Source: the human T2T-CHM13v2.0 reference genome, Homo sapiens
Assembly (NCBI RefSeq): GCF_009914755.1
Contig: NC_060939.1
Reading direction: 5' to 3' (one strand)
Length of the DNA stretch: 64,000 nt
Every line of letters begins with the position of its first letter. The first letter of the stretch is position 1. This document shows, piece by piece, positions 20,238 to 38,575 of the stretch. Both the position numbers and the translations under genes were made by a program. The notes beneath the pieces are model-generated. The model searched no databases, was not told the origin of the DNA, and saw only the letters and a program-made list of their open reading frames with translations.

Positions 20238-21062
20238 TAAAGATTTATTTTTAAAGTACAATAAATAAAACCATAGGTTTTTACTAAAATCTTGTTCTCT
20301 TGTCTCTAAATCAATGATATAAATTTATTTTCTTAAATTATTGTTGTGTGATCTCCAGCATTCACTTGTTTTGCTCTGAATAGTTGGTTACTGATTGCAG
20401 GAAGTCTCCACCAGAGTGTGCTAAAGACACTGTAGTGGGAAAATTGTTACTTAGGCTTGTCTAGACTTCTCAGCCTCTGTGAAAAAGATTTTTTAAGAGA
20501 AGCATTTGATTTCTTGTTACAAAATTTCTTTTGCCATGAAATAAATTCTGTACCTCGACAGTTGAGTATTTCTACAGACACTGTAAATGATATTTAATCT
20601 GTTGTTGGTTCTCCGTATGCATGCTAGCTAGAAATATCTTTATTTTGTGAAGTTATTTTTTAGAAACGAAAAGTTCATCTTCCTTTACACAATAGGTGTT
20701 GATTTTTCTTCACACAGTAAGTATATTTTTTAAAGCCTGAATAAAATGAACTGGAAAAACTAGTAATTTGTGTTATGAAGTTAAAAAGACCTTATAGTTT
20801 ATCCATTATGTATGCTTTTATTTTAAAATAACAACTAAATCAGTAAATAGATTTAATATTTGCAATTCTGGTACAAAATATTTTTCTCAAAGTATTATTA
20901 GTTAGCTGTGATAACCATTATTGTATGTTGATGCATTAGAGTAGGGTGCAAAAGTTGTGGCCTATTTATATTTGATAAATTTCTAAGTGAGCATTTTATA
21001 AACTGATTATCTGGCAAAAGTACTTAATGATAATGGCTGTTTTTTTTCTTTTTCCTTCCTAG

Positions 21063-21100
21063 ATACCTGCACTCAAATAACATAGTTGTGGTTCCGGAAG
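21063..21100 (+). CDS. LRRC28: LRRC28 internal coding exon (38 nt, YLHSNNIVVVPE)
   Basis: Long pyrimidine tract then ctag|ATACCTG, donor GAAG|gtatgt. It continues the frame of the previous exon and completes an LxxLxLxxN motif (LVELYLHSNN). Confidence 0.95.
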
Positions 21101-21582
21101 GTATGTTTAACTTAAAAATTTTAGTTAGAAGATAATATAATTTAAGCTTTGCTTTATAAATAGATCAAATTTTATTTTTAAGACACCTTTAATTTTTTAG
21201 CTTCAAAACTTTTTTCTTCTAATAAGTCCAGTTAAGAACTATAATTAAATAAATCTAAAATGGTTATAATGGTTAGGTAAACTATTGTTGGATAAATTGC
21301 TATTAGGTAGATAATAAGTTGTAAATTTAATAAATCTAGTTAAGAATTCTGGTCAGATAAAAAAAGCCCTGTGTATCATTTCTTGATTTATTTTAGTCTT
21401 AATGTTTTTATTTGTGCTGTATTTTAAGTTATATTTTATCTTGAGCTGGAAGTATTTATCACTTTCATGAACTTAGTTTGATCTGTGTTTTTACTATTTT
21501 GTGAGCAACTGAGACAAGGAAATTAAGTAGTAAAATATTTTAACTTGGAATACTTGCTTTAAAGATTTGATGTAATACTTGA

Positions 21583-21771
<189 letters not shown>

Positions 21772-22166
21772 TAGCACACTATAGTTTCTTGTCTATTATA
21801 AATCTGTATTCATATTTCTCACTCTATGTCTAGGCAATGAGCTGTAGATGTATTTATAAGTATTTGTCCATTTGTTTGAAGATGAAACTAAAGAATGGGT
21901 GAAATATTACTAAGAGTCTTTTTTGTGATGCAAATGTAAGAAGGTAGAATTTATATTTTAGATATAGCTACAATTACTACAATTGTGCATTGCATCCAAT
22001 ATCCCTTTGAATCACTGCTCTGGCAAAATATTTGTACAAAGAGTTACTTCAGTTCTGAATTTCACATAAGAGAATTTAGGTGAACTTTGCGTGATATAAT
22101 CATTTTACTATCCAAAAGTCAAATGCATACAATGTTTTCTCTCTTACTCTCCAGTGAGGTAACTAA

Positions 22167-22778
<612 letters not shown>

Positions 22779-23450
22779 TAGTATGTTAACTTTGATTTTA
22801 AAAGGAATCATACTAAAATTTAGTAGAACAATTTAAATTTGAGCCTTAGGATTTTCAGTTCTGCCTGATGAACATGTAAATAAATTATGAATGTGCCTTA
22901 TAGATAGGCAGTACTAAAATCTTGCATTTTATTGAGAGCCACCATTAAACCCTTTGATTTCTTGGGAGGAGCATCCAGAGACCTTGCTTTGTGAATCCAC
23001 GTATTAGCAAATTCCACTGTCATATATGGTTTCCTATATTAAAAAAAGATAGATAATTAAAAAATAAAAAACTTATGCTTCAGGTATTATATGAAAGTTA
23101 CTGTGTATTCAAGAATGAGCAGAGAAAGATACAGATGTTAATTTGTCTGAGATTATTTTTACTCTTTTGAGTAAAACCAACTCGAGAACACCAACCAGCC
23201 TTTTAGTGTATCTAAGTGAAATATGTGACTCAAATAAAATTACAAATTACTACCTGTCATAGAACTTCAGGGTTGCAAGAGAATGTTAAAAATTATGCAT
23301 GTTAAACCCATGAATGAAAAAATCTATGGTATTTCTTTGTTTTTTCAAGTACAGAAATGTCTAAATTAAAACATACTAATGGATTAATTTTTAGACTTTA
23401 TGTTCTGGCCTTAATATATAGATTCAATACTGTGTATAAAAATGGCACCA

Positions 23451-23763
<313 letters not shown>

Positions 23764-23775
23764 TGGCACCAGTCA

Positions 23776-24093
<318 letters not shown>

Positions 24094-24433
24094 TCAGCAG
24101 TGACTGTGTTTTAAAAAATATTTTTTTATTCTCATATAATGAATGTCTTATTTTTTCTAACTATAGTTAATATAAAAATTTTTGACACAATACAGGAATA
24201 TGGTCTTTCCTTTATTGTATATCATCAGGCCAATGGTGTTTCATCATTCTAGCTTTCATCAAGTTTGTACATTCAGATACACAGAAAATGAGATACTCTT
24301 TTGAAGATTGCCTAGAAAATGTATCAGTAAAGATAATACTTTACATTTTCCTAACATTTTCCTATATGAAACTTACATAAGATATACAACCAAAATTCAT
24401 GAATATAATGCTGTATTTATGAACTTTTTTTTA

Positions 24434-24785
<352 letters not shown>

Positions 24786-26159
24786 AATTCTGTGATAAAC
24801 CATTGTTCTGGGTGTTGTATTATTCTGTGTTTTCCTGTAATATAAAAACATGATGTGGTAGAATATAGTCATTGCCTTCCATTATATATTCTTAGAGGTT
24901 AAGGATGTACTTCTAATGTCATTGACTGCTTCTTAATAACCAGTGAAGGGTATATGTTTTGTGACTACTTTCACATAATTTATTTATATCTCACCTGTTA
25001 CACAAGAAATTCGAGGCATATACTTGTGATTTTATTTTCCTAGGTTTGTTTCTATTTGTGTTTGGTTTTGCTTGTTTTGAGTAAAATTATATACCTTAAT
25101 AGTTATACATTTTGGATAGGAACTTTTGATTGAGCCATGTATATAGGCTTTATTATTTCTTGCCACCATGAGTAGCACTTGACTGGGTCTTATGAATTAT
25201 TTGATTCACTTTATGCATCTCATGAGGTGATTTCAGATGTTATGATTTAAGTCTGTAAGGGGCTAAGCACACGTCCCCTAAATGCTTGATTATGTTTGGA
25301 GACATACTATGGGAGGGTATTCTAAAGGTGGGAAAGAAATGTGAGGGCCTGTGATGTTATCCCCATTTGACCACAGTAGGCACCAGTTGATATCTGCTTA
25401 ACAAACCCCTTCTCCATAGTCCATGCTGAGACTTGTCACATGTTATATTCTCTTAAAAGACTTAACATTTTACCATGTTTCTTTGTTGTCATTGAAAAGC
25501 CTTTGAATATAGTTTTGTAATTTTATATCCAATATTTAAAATTTGCCAGTTAGTTTTCAAAGTGGTTATGCCATTTTACACTGTTCTGTCAGCAATATAT
25601 GAGAGGTGCAGTTACTCCACATTCTTGTCAACATTTGGTGTTGTCTGTTTGTTTAGCCATCATAGTGGGTGTGAAGTAGTATTGCATTTTTTTGAATTTT
25701 ATTTAATTTGCATATCTCTCTTGACTGATGTTATTTAGCACCTTCTCATGTATTTATGGGCTATTCCAAATCTTTTTGAATTATAGGAGATATCTCCATG
25801 CTTTAAAGACCAGCTGCCAGCAGGTTCAGTTGCTGAGGAATTCTCTTTGCTCTCCAGTTTGGCTTCTGACTTTCTGTGCCTCGAGAGCTCTTTGAGTCCT
25901 GCTGCTCCATCCTTGGCCTGTAAAGGTTGACTGTCATTGCCCTGTACTCTGTGATGGTGGGTCTTGCCTGTGAGAAGTTTCTCTTGGCTTTTCTGTTACT
26001 GCCTATCCTCCAGGTTTTCCCTTGCTGGAAGCCTAGTGTACATTGAGGAGATTATCTCAGCTCTTTCTCTCTTTTCTTGCCCTCATTTTTGGTAAAGGTT
26101 GGTGGGACGGAGTGTGTGTGTGTCTGTGTTGAGCAGGGGGATTTATTAATCGTACAGTC

Positions 26160-26464
<305 letters not shown>

Positions 26465-27112
26465 TCGTACAGTCTTTCTATACCTATGAATCCTCTGGGT
26501 TCTACACGGGTATGTCCACATATAGCTTTCAAAGTTAGACTGATTTTTCTTTAACCCTTGTCTGTGGCAGATTTCTTTTCCCACCTCTATTTCAGTCAGG
26601 GATGATAGCAGCCGAGGATCTCTTGTCTTTGAAAATGTGCTTCTCACTCTGGAGTTGATTTACATTTCCCTATGTCCTCAGTCTCTGATGGGTTTTTATT
26701 CAGCTTGTTTTAGTTGTTAGGGTGAGAGTGATGATCTCTTTGGAGTTTCTATTTTCAAATTGGAATTAAGTCCTCCTTCTTCCCAACTGACTTTCACCAT
26801 TTGTTTCTGGTTCCTCTTTGCTTCCTTTCTGTTTCTGGATTACTTGAGTATGTTTTAGTGTTCTGCTTTATTTCCTCCATTGGCTTTTCTCTAGGGTTCA
26901 CAATATCCTCCCTTAACTTACTACATTTAGAATATTGTGCCATTTCATACAAATTACATGCATTTTTATATTATTGTGCATATTTTACAACAGTATACTT
27001 CCTTTTACCCTCCTCCTTTTGTACTACTGTGTCATATATTTTATTTCAATGTATGCTGTAAACTCCATTAGATAATATTATTTTTGCAAGTCAGTTGTCT
27101 GTAAAATACTAA

Positions 27113-27393
27113 GGTTGGGTGCGGTGGCTCATGCCTGGAATCCCAACACTTTGGGAGGCCAAGGTGGGTGGATCACCTGAGGTTGGGAGTTCAAGACTAG
27201 CCTGACTAACATGGAGAAACCCCATCTCTACTAAAAATACAAAATTAGCCAGGCGTGGTGGCGCATGCCTGTAATCCCAGCTACTCAGGAGGCTGAGGCA
27301 GGAGAATCGCTTGAACACAGGAGGCAGAGGTTGTGGTGAGCCGAGATCATGCCGTTGCATTCCGGCCTGGGCAACAAGAACGAAACTCTGTCA

Positions 27394-27436
<43 letters not shown>
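27113..27436 (+). mobile_element. AluSp with A42 tail
   Basis: Sp diagnostics (ctgactaacatggagaaacc, ggttgtggtgag). Uninterrupted A at 27395-27436. Confidence 0.92.
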
Positions 27437-27439
<3 letters not shown>

Positions 27440-28260
27440 AAACAATATTTACCTGAATATTCACCATTTCCTGTGCTTTCTATTCTTCTTTTCTTAAGAG
27501 ACACAGTCTTGCTGTGTTGCCCAAGCTGATCTCAATCTCCTGGCCTCCTAAAGCACTGAGATTACTGGTGTGAGCCACTGCACCTGGCCATTTTTTCCTC
27601 TAGATTTAGTTTCCATCTGTCATTTCTCTTCAGCCTGAAGTATTTCCTTTAGTATTTGTTTTAGTGCAGTTCTACTGGCAGTGAACTATCTCAGTTTTTC
27701 TTTATGCAAAAATGTTATTTCATTTTCACTTTTGAAGAATATTTTCTCTGGAAATAAAATTCTGGATTGACAAGACTTTTTTCTTTGAGCACTTTAAGGA
27801 AGATCTTCCATTATTTCCTGGCCGCCATTGTTTCTGATGAGAAGTCAGCCATAATTTGTATCATTGTTACCCTGTATCCTTTTCTATGACTGCATTAAGA
27901 TTTCTCTCTTTAATCTTTTATCTTTATCTTTGGTATTAGCAGTTTGTATATGATGTGTCTTGATACAGGATTTTTTATATTTACCCTTCTTGGGGTTTTC
28001 TTTATTCCCAAATTGGCAAGTTTCCTTTTATTAATTTTTCAAATATTTTTCTGTTCCACATTTCCTCTCTTTCTGGAACTCTGGTTACGCACATTAGATA
28101 ATTTGGTATTCTTCTACAGGTCAGTGAACTTTGTTCTTCTTCTTTTTTTTTAATGTAATGTTTTTCTTGCCCTTATCTCAAGACTAGAAGTTATCTGTTG
28201 ATCTGAGTTCTACTTACTGTTTGTTTTATGCTCTCCAGTGTGTTAGTTTTTATGCTCCTC

Positions 28261-28612
28261 TGTCTTAATCCATTCAGGCTGCTGTAAACAAATACCATAA
28301 ATGGGGTAGCTTATAAACAACAGAAATGTATTGCTGAGTTCTGCAGGCTGGGAGTTCCAAGATCAAGGTGCCAGCAGATCTGGTGAGGGCTTATTTTCTG
28401 ATTCATAGATGACACTTTTTCACTGTGTTCTCATGTGGTAGAATGGAGCAAGGCAGCTCTCTGAGGCATCTTTTGTAAGGGCACTAATTCCACTCATGAG
28501 CGTTTCACCCTTAGGACCTCCCAAAGGCCCCACCTCCTGAGACCATTGCATTGGTGACTAGGTTTCAACATATGAATTTAGAGGTGGGGACACAAACATT
28601 CAAATCATAGCA
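28261..28612. mobile_element. MLT1A/MST-type solo LTR
   Basis: tgtcttaatccattcaggctgctg ... ggggacacaaacattcaaatcatagca termini. Confidence 0.85.
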
Positions 28613-29020
28613 CCGTCTTGACCTCCTTACAGCCTTTTCATCTTTGGTGCCCTGTCCTGCATCTTTCAGGTGCTTCACTTGCCCCCAACTCTGATCTATT
28701 CCTCTTCAGGTCTGCAGGACTCGAGCTCTGTTTAGGTTCCATTTCCCTGTGCCATGGCCCAAAATATGCCCCATGGCAGAAATTCAGGTCCAACATGGGG
28801 CTCGCCTCTTGTGTTCCCTAGATTTTAAGGATTGTAGTTCTGGGTCACCTGTCCATTGCTTGAAAACAATTGCTTCATATGTTTTTGAGTAGTTCATTGT
28901 GTTTTGGTGGGAGGCATGTCTGGTGTGAGTTACCCTGTCATGTCTGGAAGTGGAAGTCCTGTTAGATGTCCTTTGATTACTGATCCGATTGCTTCCCTGC
29001 CTTCTTTTATGTATGTGTTT

Positions 29021-29048
29021 TTGTTGCTGTTGCTGCTGCTGCTGCTGT
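29021..29048 (+). repeat. (TGC/TGT)n microsatellite
   Basis: ttgttgctgttgctgctgctgctgctg. Confidence 0.85.
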
Positions 29049-30814
29049 TAAGCATGTACCACTTAAACATTTACGTATTGCTTTTCCCTACACCTGGCAT
29101 CAAAACTATAACATTATTTGTCATAGAACATATTTAAACTAATTTTCTCCCAATGACATTTTGTAATTTGATTGTATAAAATTATGTAATCTATTATGAA
29201 GAGAATTACTGTGTACCTAGAAATAAAGGATTGTTGGGGAAAGGCTTCCATCAGTACAGGGCCCCTTTCTGATTAAACCTCGCTAAACATCACAAAGTCC
29301 AATGGATGTTTGAGGAGACAGAAAGAACAGCCAATCTTTAATACTCGAGAAATCTGATACCTTTGTGAGTTGCTGTAAACACTGAATTACCATGAGAGAA
29401 GGTTATAGTAACAAAGAAACAACAAAAAGTAACCAGCAGTCAGAAAAGATGTTGCTTACATCTGGCATATAAATCAGCCTATTTTTAAAAAATACTTTTA
29501 TCCTTGAAAAGTTGTTTTGCATACCAAAAAAGGAAGGATTTTTAGCCCAAGTTAATAGCATGAATCTGTTGTGTTTTAATGGCTGAAAGTATGCACAGAC
29601 AGAAATGTGTACCACATATAACCAGCATGTGTTGTTCCTAAAACCCAGGCTTCAAGTGTAGTCAAATTTATTACCATTTTTTTCTTAAAATTTACTTTTT
29701 CTCCAGTTGAACCTCTGTAGGTTTATTGGAATGAAATTTAGTATCCTTTCTTAGGTCTGTCCCATTGCCACCTGAATTGTTGTGAAACCTCTGTGTTTAT
29801 TGATCTCATGTGGAGGTGAAGAGGAGTGGATCAGCCTTTTTCCTACAGAGGACATAAAAACAGCCAGAGCCTGGTCCTCTAGGGCTTCTGTTGTTGCTTA
29901 CTACCCTGTTGTTGAGAGTGTATTGGCATAGGCTGCTGTTCTGCAGCACAGGCTGCAGTGATTTTTCAGAGGTGCTGATCCCACCTTGTAGTTACAAGCC
30001 TGGGCACAGATGCTCCATATTTGAATTCCCTGTGTTACAGTTTCTAGGAGTGACAGGTGGCCCAGGAACACTGGGTCAGCCCTGGTTTCCTCATCACTTC
30101 CATTGTGCCTACCTACTATGTGATCAGTTCAGAAGGAGAACAAAGCAGCTCTCATTTTGAATCCTCAAAACACGCAGTGTGTTATTGTGCCTCCTGTCCC
30201 CAGATATTCAAGGCTCTTCACCCCACGTTACCCTCCTTAGGCAAATACCATGGTAATTTTGGGTGATTTACTCTTCTGGGAGACTCAGCTTTTCACTGAT
30301 TACACATCAGTCTGGTAAAATAACTAGCTAGCACTTCTCTCACTAAAAAAGAATCTAAAAAATTAATCTCTGGCAGAGCATCCTTCTGGTGTCACCAGGC
30401 TGTATATGTGTGGTCAGCAATATACGTAAATAGATTTTCTCTATTTTGTGGGGTTATCTGCATGACTGGAGGGGGGACTTGCTGTTTCATCTGCTTAACA
30501 AAATAGTATTTACTGCTGCAAAGTATGCCATGCTATGTGCTAGAGAAAGTGGGCACTAAGAAGGAAAACAAAATCTGGACCCAGACTTAAAGGGAGCTTA
30601 TAATATTTTATTGTCTAATATTTAAACTGCATGTAGTACTTGCAAAGAAGGGATTAGACAGGAGAGAGAAGGAAGTATTGAGTGTGTTATTGTAGCTAGT
30701 GATTATCTTGGTACACAGTGCTGAGACTTGAAATACCCATTTTGACAACTAATGGGTAGAGGGACAAAATCTAACAATCTGCCTCAGCTTGCTAGATGAC
30801 CACTGAATAAATTA

Positions 30815-31366
<552 letters not shown>

Positions 31367-32452
31367 CTCAATGACTTTCATAGACCTAAAGTTACTTTAT
31401 TATTAATTGTAACTTTGTAATGGATATAGTACTTTATTAGTAAAGTAACTTTATAGTATAATTAAATATACATATATTAATAACTTTATAATAACAGATT
31501 TTAAATTTAGATTTTTACATAAAATTGTGATATAATAGATAAAACATTTCTCAGAAAAATATTTTTACTATAGATAAACTATCAGCTATTGTAAAATCTT
31601 TTTACAAATGAAGCTAAGACTTTTCAATTTTATTTACAAACTTTTACAAGCTTTGAAAATTTGGCAAAACCTTAGGATAAAAATGACTGTTGAAATTATT
31701 CTAAAAGAAAAAAGGTTTTGTTTTCTGAACGATGTGTCCTTCTCAGTGACAAATACATACAGAAAAATACTCCTTTTTAGGAAAAGTGTAAAGGGAAATG
31801 GTAGAAAACTTGCCAGATATCTAAAAAACAAAAGTTCATTGCTACAATACTTTTAAAAAAAAAAAGGCAAAAGAAGAAAAGTTGGTTGCTTAGACTTGGA
31901 AAGCCTCTGCCATCAATCATGCTTACTGCACGTTGAGCTCCTTTCCAGGGTGCGTTCCTTTGTGAAAAGATTTAAAAGCAACTAACACTATAACCCAAGT
32001 GATCCAAATTCACTTCACATGCAGTACTTCTTATAGAATTAATTTATGACAGCATGGTGTATTATAGGCTTGGTGCTGTATGGGAACAGTGATGACAGCA
32101 CTGAGGTCGGTTAAGGAGGGCTTAAGGAGAAGGCAGATGTGATTTGTGGGGACTAAGCTGATGTGAGAGCAGTATGCAGGAGCAAATGATTTGGTTTGGG
32201 TATTTTCCACTATTTATCTCTGAAAGGTATCTGTCTCATAATCCATCATACACACTACTTCCAGGATGCTCTCTCTCAAATACAGATTTGACCCACTATT
32301 ACCCCAGTTTAAAACCCTTCATTTAAATAAATTGCTGAAAATGTTGTGGTTGCATGATAGAAGCCTATAATGAGTTCATAACCATTTGTTTATGATGAAT
32401 ACCAGGAATGGGGACATTTTTAAAAACCTGATAAATATAGAAGTGTTTTTAA

Positions 32453-32812
<360 letters not shown>

Positions 32813-34348
32813 TTGTTATTTTTGTATCTAAATCAGCTTGCAATATTTTAGATGTGGCATGGAGTAATTTCTACCATACCGTTTGCTATCTTGGCAAAAT
32901 GTGGTTTAATAGTTCGTTTTTACTGAAGAACTTTCAATTATTAAAATATATGAATAGTGATTTGATGTATTGCATTTGTTAACCAAACTTTGGCAAAGTA
33001 TGTTTTTGATAAATACGTTAACAAAGATAGCATTTTCATCTGTAATTATTTTATAGTTTCAGCTAATTTTTCTACCTTGATTTCAATATATTTAAATGAT
33101 TCAGTTGATTTTTCTACCTTGATTTCAATATATTGTTTTGTGACATGATCAGAAAATTATTTTATGTAAATTGTGAAGAAAAAGTAATAAAGACAATATA
33201 TCTACATGTATTATGTAGATTGATATAATATAGATTTCATATATAGGTACACATAATATAGATACCAAAATAAGTGTTTCTTAAAAATTAATGTATTTAA
33301 TATACAGAATGTTTTATTTGTCATTTATTTGAACATGCTGTTGCTTTACTTCATCTGTGAATTGTGTTTCAACTTGTTAAAGGTTTCAATTTAAATCAGA
33401 TTTCTGTTCTGCAAGTAATTTTAGAGTTAACGCTTGTTTTAATGAGTGAAAAGCTTTATGATTTGCCAAGGGTCAATGTAATGAGAAGTAATTTTTACAA
33501 TGTTGTTTGATATTGTTTGTTATGAACCCCCCCACTCAATGTGCATAATAGTTCTTTGTTTAATCCTTTTTATTAAAGCTTTTATTAAAAATTGACATTT
33601 TAAGCAGATACCTTTTTTTGAGAAGTTTTGGTTTTCACTGTGTATTTTTTGTAGGTAGTAGGAAAACATTAAGTCAAAACTGGCTGTGAAAGTGAGGAAG
33701 CACTCAAAAAATGAGTATCTTTATATGCTTATAACAAATATCACTAGTTGTTTATATGTCTGATCTACTTCTTAGCTGGATCTGCTGACATCTCTGCTCC
33801 TGACGTAATCTGAAAGAGAATTAAAGCCCGGCAGAGCTGTTTGATGACTTTTTTAAATTTCAGAAGTTTGGCATTCTTCACTTTAGTATGAATTTACAAG
33901 ACTAATATTAGTGACTTAGTGTTTTTTTTTCTTAATAACAGCAGGTTTTGTGGAAGTCATGTTATTTTCTTATATATTTAGGTTGTAGCATGAATCCATT
34001 TTTCTTAAATGAGATAGTTTTTACTGTAATTTCATAGTCATTATAAGATGTTGAAATAATTAAAAAGTATTCTGAGAAAAAAATGCTGAAAGATATATAT
34101 GGATGTTTATAGTAATGTAAAGTCTTAGAATTTTTATCTATTTTTACCTAGTTTTAAAATATAAATGCATATTTTTCTGAAGGAAAGTACAAGTCTCATA
34201 TATAAAATTAAAATTTTAATTATTAAAATATTCAATTGAGTAATCAAATAATACTTATAATTTTTTTGTTTACAGGCTATGAAAATAGTGTTTAATCTAA
34301 AGCAGAACAAATGTACATTGGAAAATATTTTTAAAGGTATGCACAATT

Positions 34349-34651
34349 GGCCGGGCACCATGGCTCATGCCTGTAATCCCAGCACTTTGGGAGGCCGATG
34401 TGGGTGGATCACTTGAGGTCAGGAGTTTGAGACCAGCCTGGCCAACATGGTGAACCCTGCTTCTACTAAAAATACAAAAATTAGCTGGATGTGATGGTGT
34501 GCACCTGTAATCCCAGCCCCTCAGGAAGCTGAGGCATGAGAATCGCTTGAACCCAAGAGGCGGAGGCTGCAGTGAGCCAAGATTGTGCCACTGCACTCCA
34601 GCCTGGGTGACAGAGTGAGACCCTGTCTAAGAAAATAAAATAAAATAAAAA
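34349..34651 (+). mobile_element. AluS
   Basis: Full Alu. TSD aaaggtatgcacaatt / aaaagtgtgcacagtt. Confidence 0.92.
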
Positions 34652-35825
34652 GTGTGCACAGTTATGCACATTGTTGCATATATGTCCTGAACCAAAATTA
34701 TGATTTCTGTGGTGCTATTCTTCTTTTACTTGATATCTCTAGGAGACTGAATACTACATGTTCAAAAATGTGAGATAATTTTTCTGTACAGCTCTGTGTA
34801 CATAATCAGTGAAGGAAGAATCACCATTACTGTTTTATATACACAGGGTGTTGTCTTGCAGTATTTTTATCCATCAGAGGAGCTGCTCTTGTTCAGAGAT
34901 AAATTTCTGTAACTCATTCTCTTTAAGTGAGAAGATCCAATAGCATAGTTGAATATGTATTTTACAAAGACCAAATCCCTAAATTATTTAGCAATCTAAG
35001 AGTCAAATATTTGTATTGTTTTTAAGTGCATGTTATATTAAATATAGACTATAGAATACTATTTTTTAAAGGGAAATGAACATTTTAACCTTTTTCTTTT
35101 GAGACTCTTAATAAAATCAGCTTCATAAATCAGAGTTACTAATAATTTTATCTATTCTGTACTTCTTAATTTTTTCCTAAATTACCAACCACCATATCTA
35201 TTTTATTTGAATATTCTTGGTTTGCTTATGATATCCTGTGAAATTGCATTTGAACTTTATAGATAAAACTATTTAAGTCTCCCACAACGGAATTCCATGG
35301 AACTTTAAGTACTATAAACTTTCAATAAGGCAAAAGCCTATAAAATTATTGTTACTTGATCCCTCTGTGTCTCCATTTTCTTATCCAATGTGGTAGGTAA
35401 ATTTTAACATGGTGGATTCTGATATTCATTCTACCATTAAAACTCAACATTTTTAAATTTATACTAGCTCTAGCAGGTTTGATTTTATGGAGGACTTAAA
35501 ATGATGCCTTTGAAAATTTGCTTCTGCTGCTAAAAGAGGTGACATAATAGGGTGTGAGAGTTTACATATTACCAGTGTTTGTTTCCTATCCGTAGTTTAA
35601 ATTTCTAACTACTTCTAAATCAGAAACATATGTAAAATTATGATATATAATGGTATGACAAGAAAGAGAACCTGTATTTCCTTATCCCCAGGGCATTATC
35701 TATACTGATTTACAATGTGTGTTCCATACATCACTTTTTTTTTTCTACATACCACTCTTAAATGTCATCTAAATAATATCTTCTTAAACTTTATAACAAT
35801 GTCAATAATTTTGTTCTTGGCGTGA

Positions 35826-38215
<2,390 letters not shown>

Positions 38216-38229
38216 ATTTATATATATTC

Positions 38230-38575
<346 letters not shown>

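Larger units (their letters stand above)
26780..28960 (-). mobile_element. Old L1M ORF1-region fragments with nested AluSp, FLAM and MLT1A
   Basis: Antisense L1M motifs (ttgtttctgatgagaagtcagcc, cattttcacttttgaagaatattttc). Confidence 0.7.
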
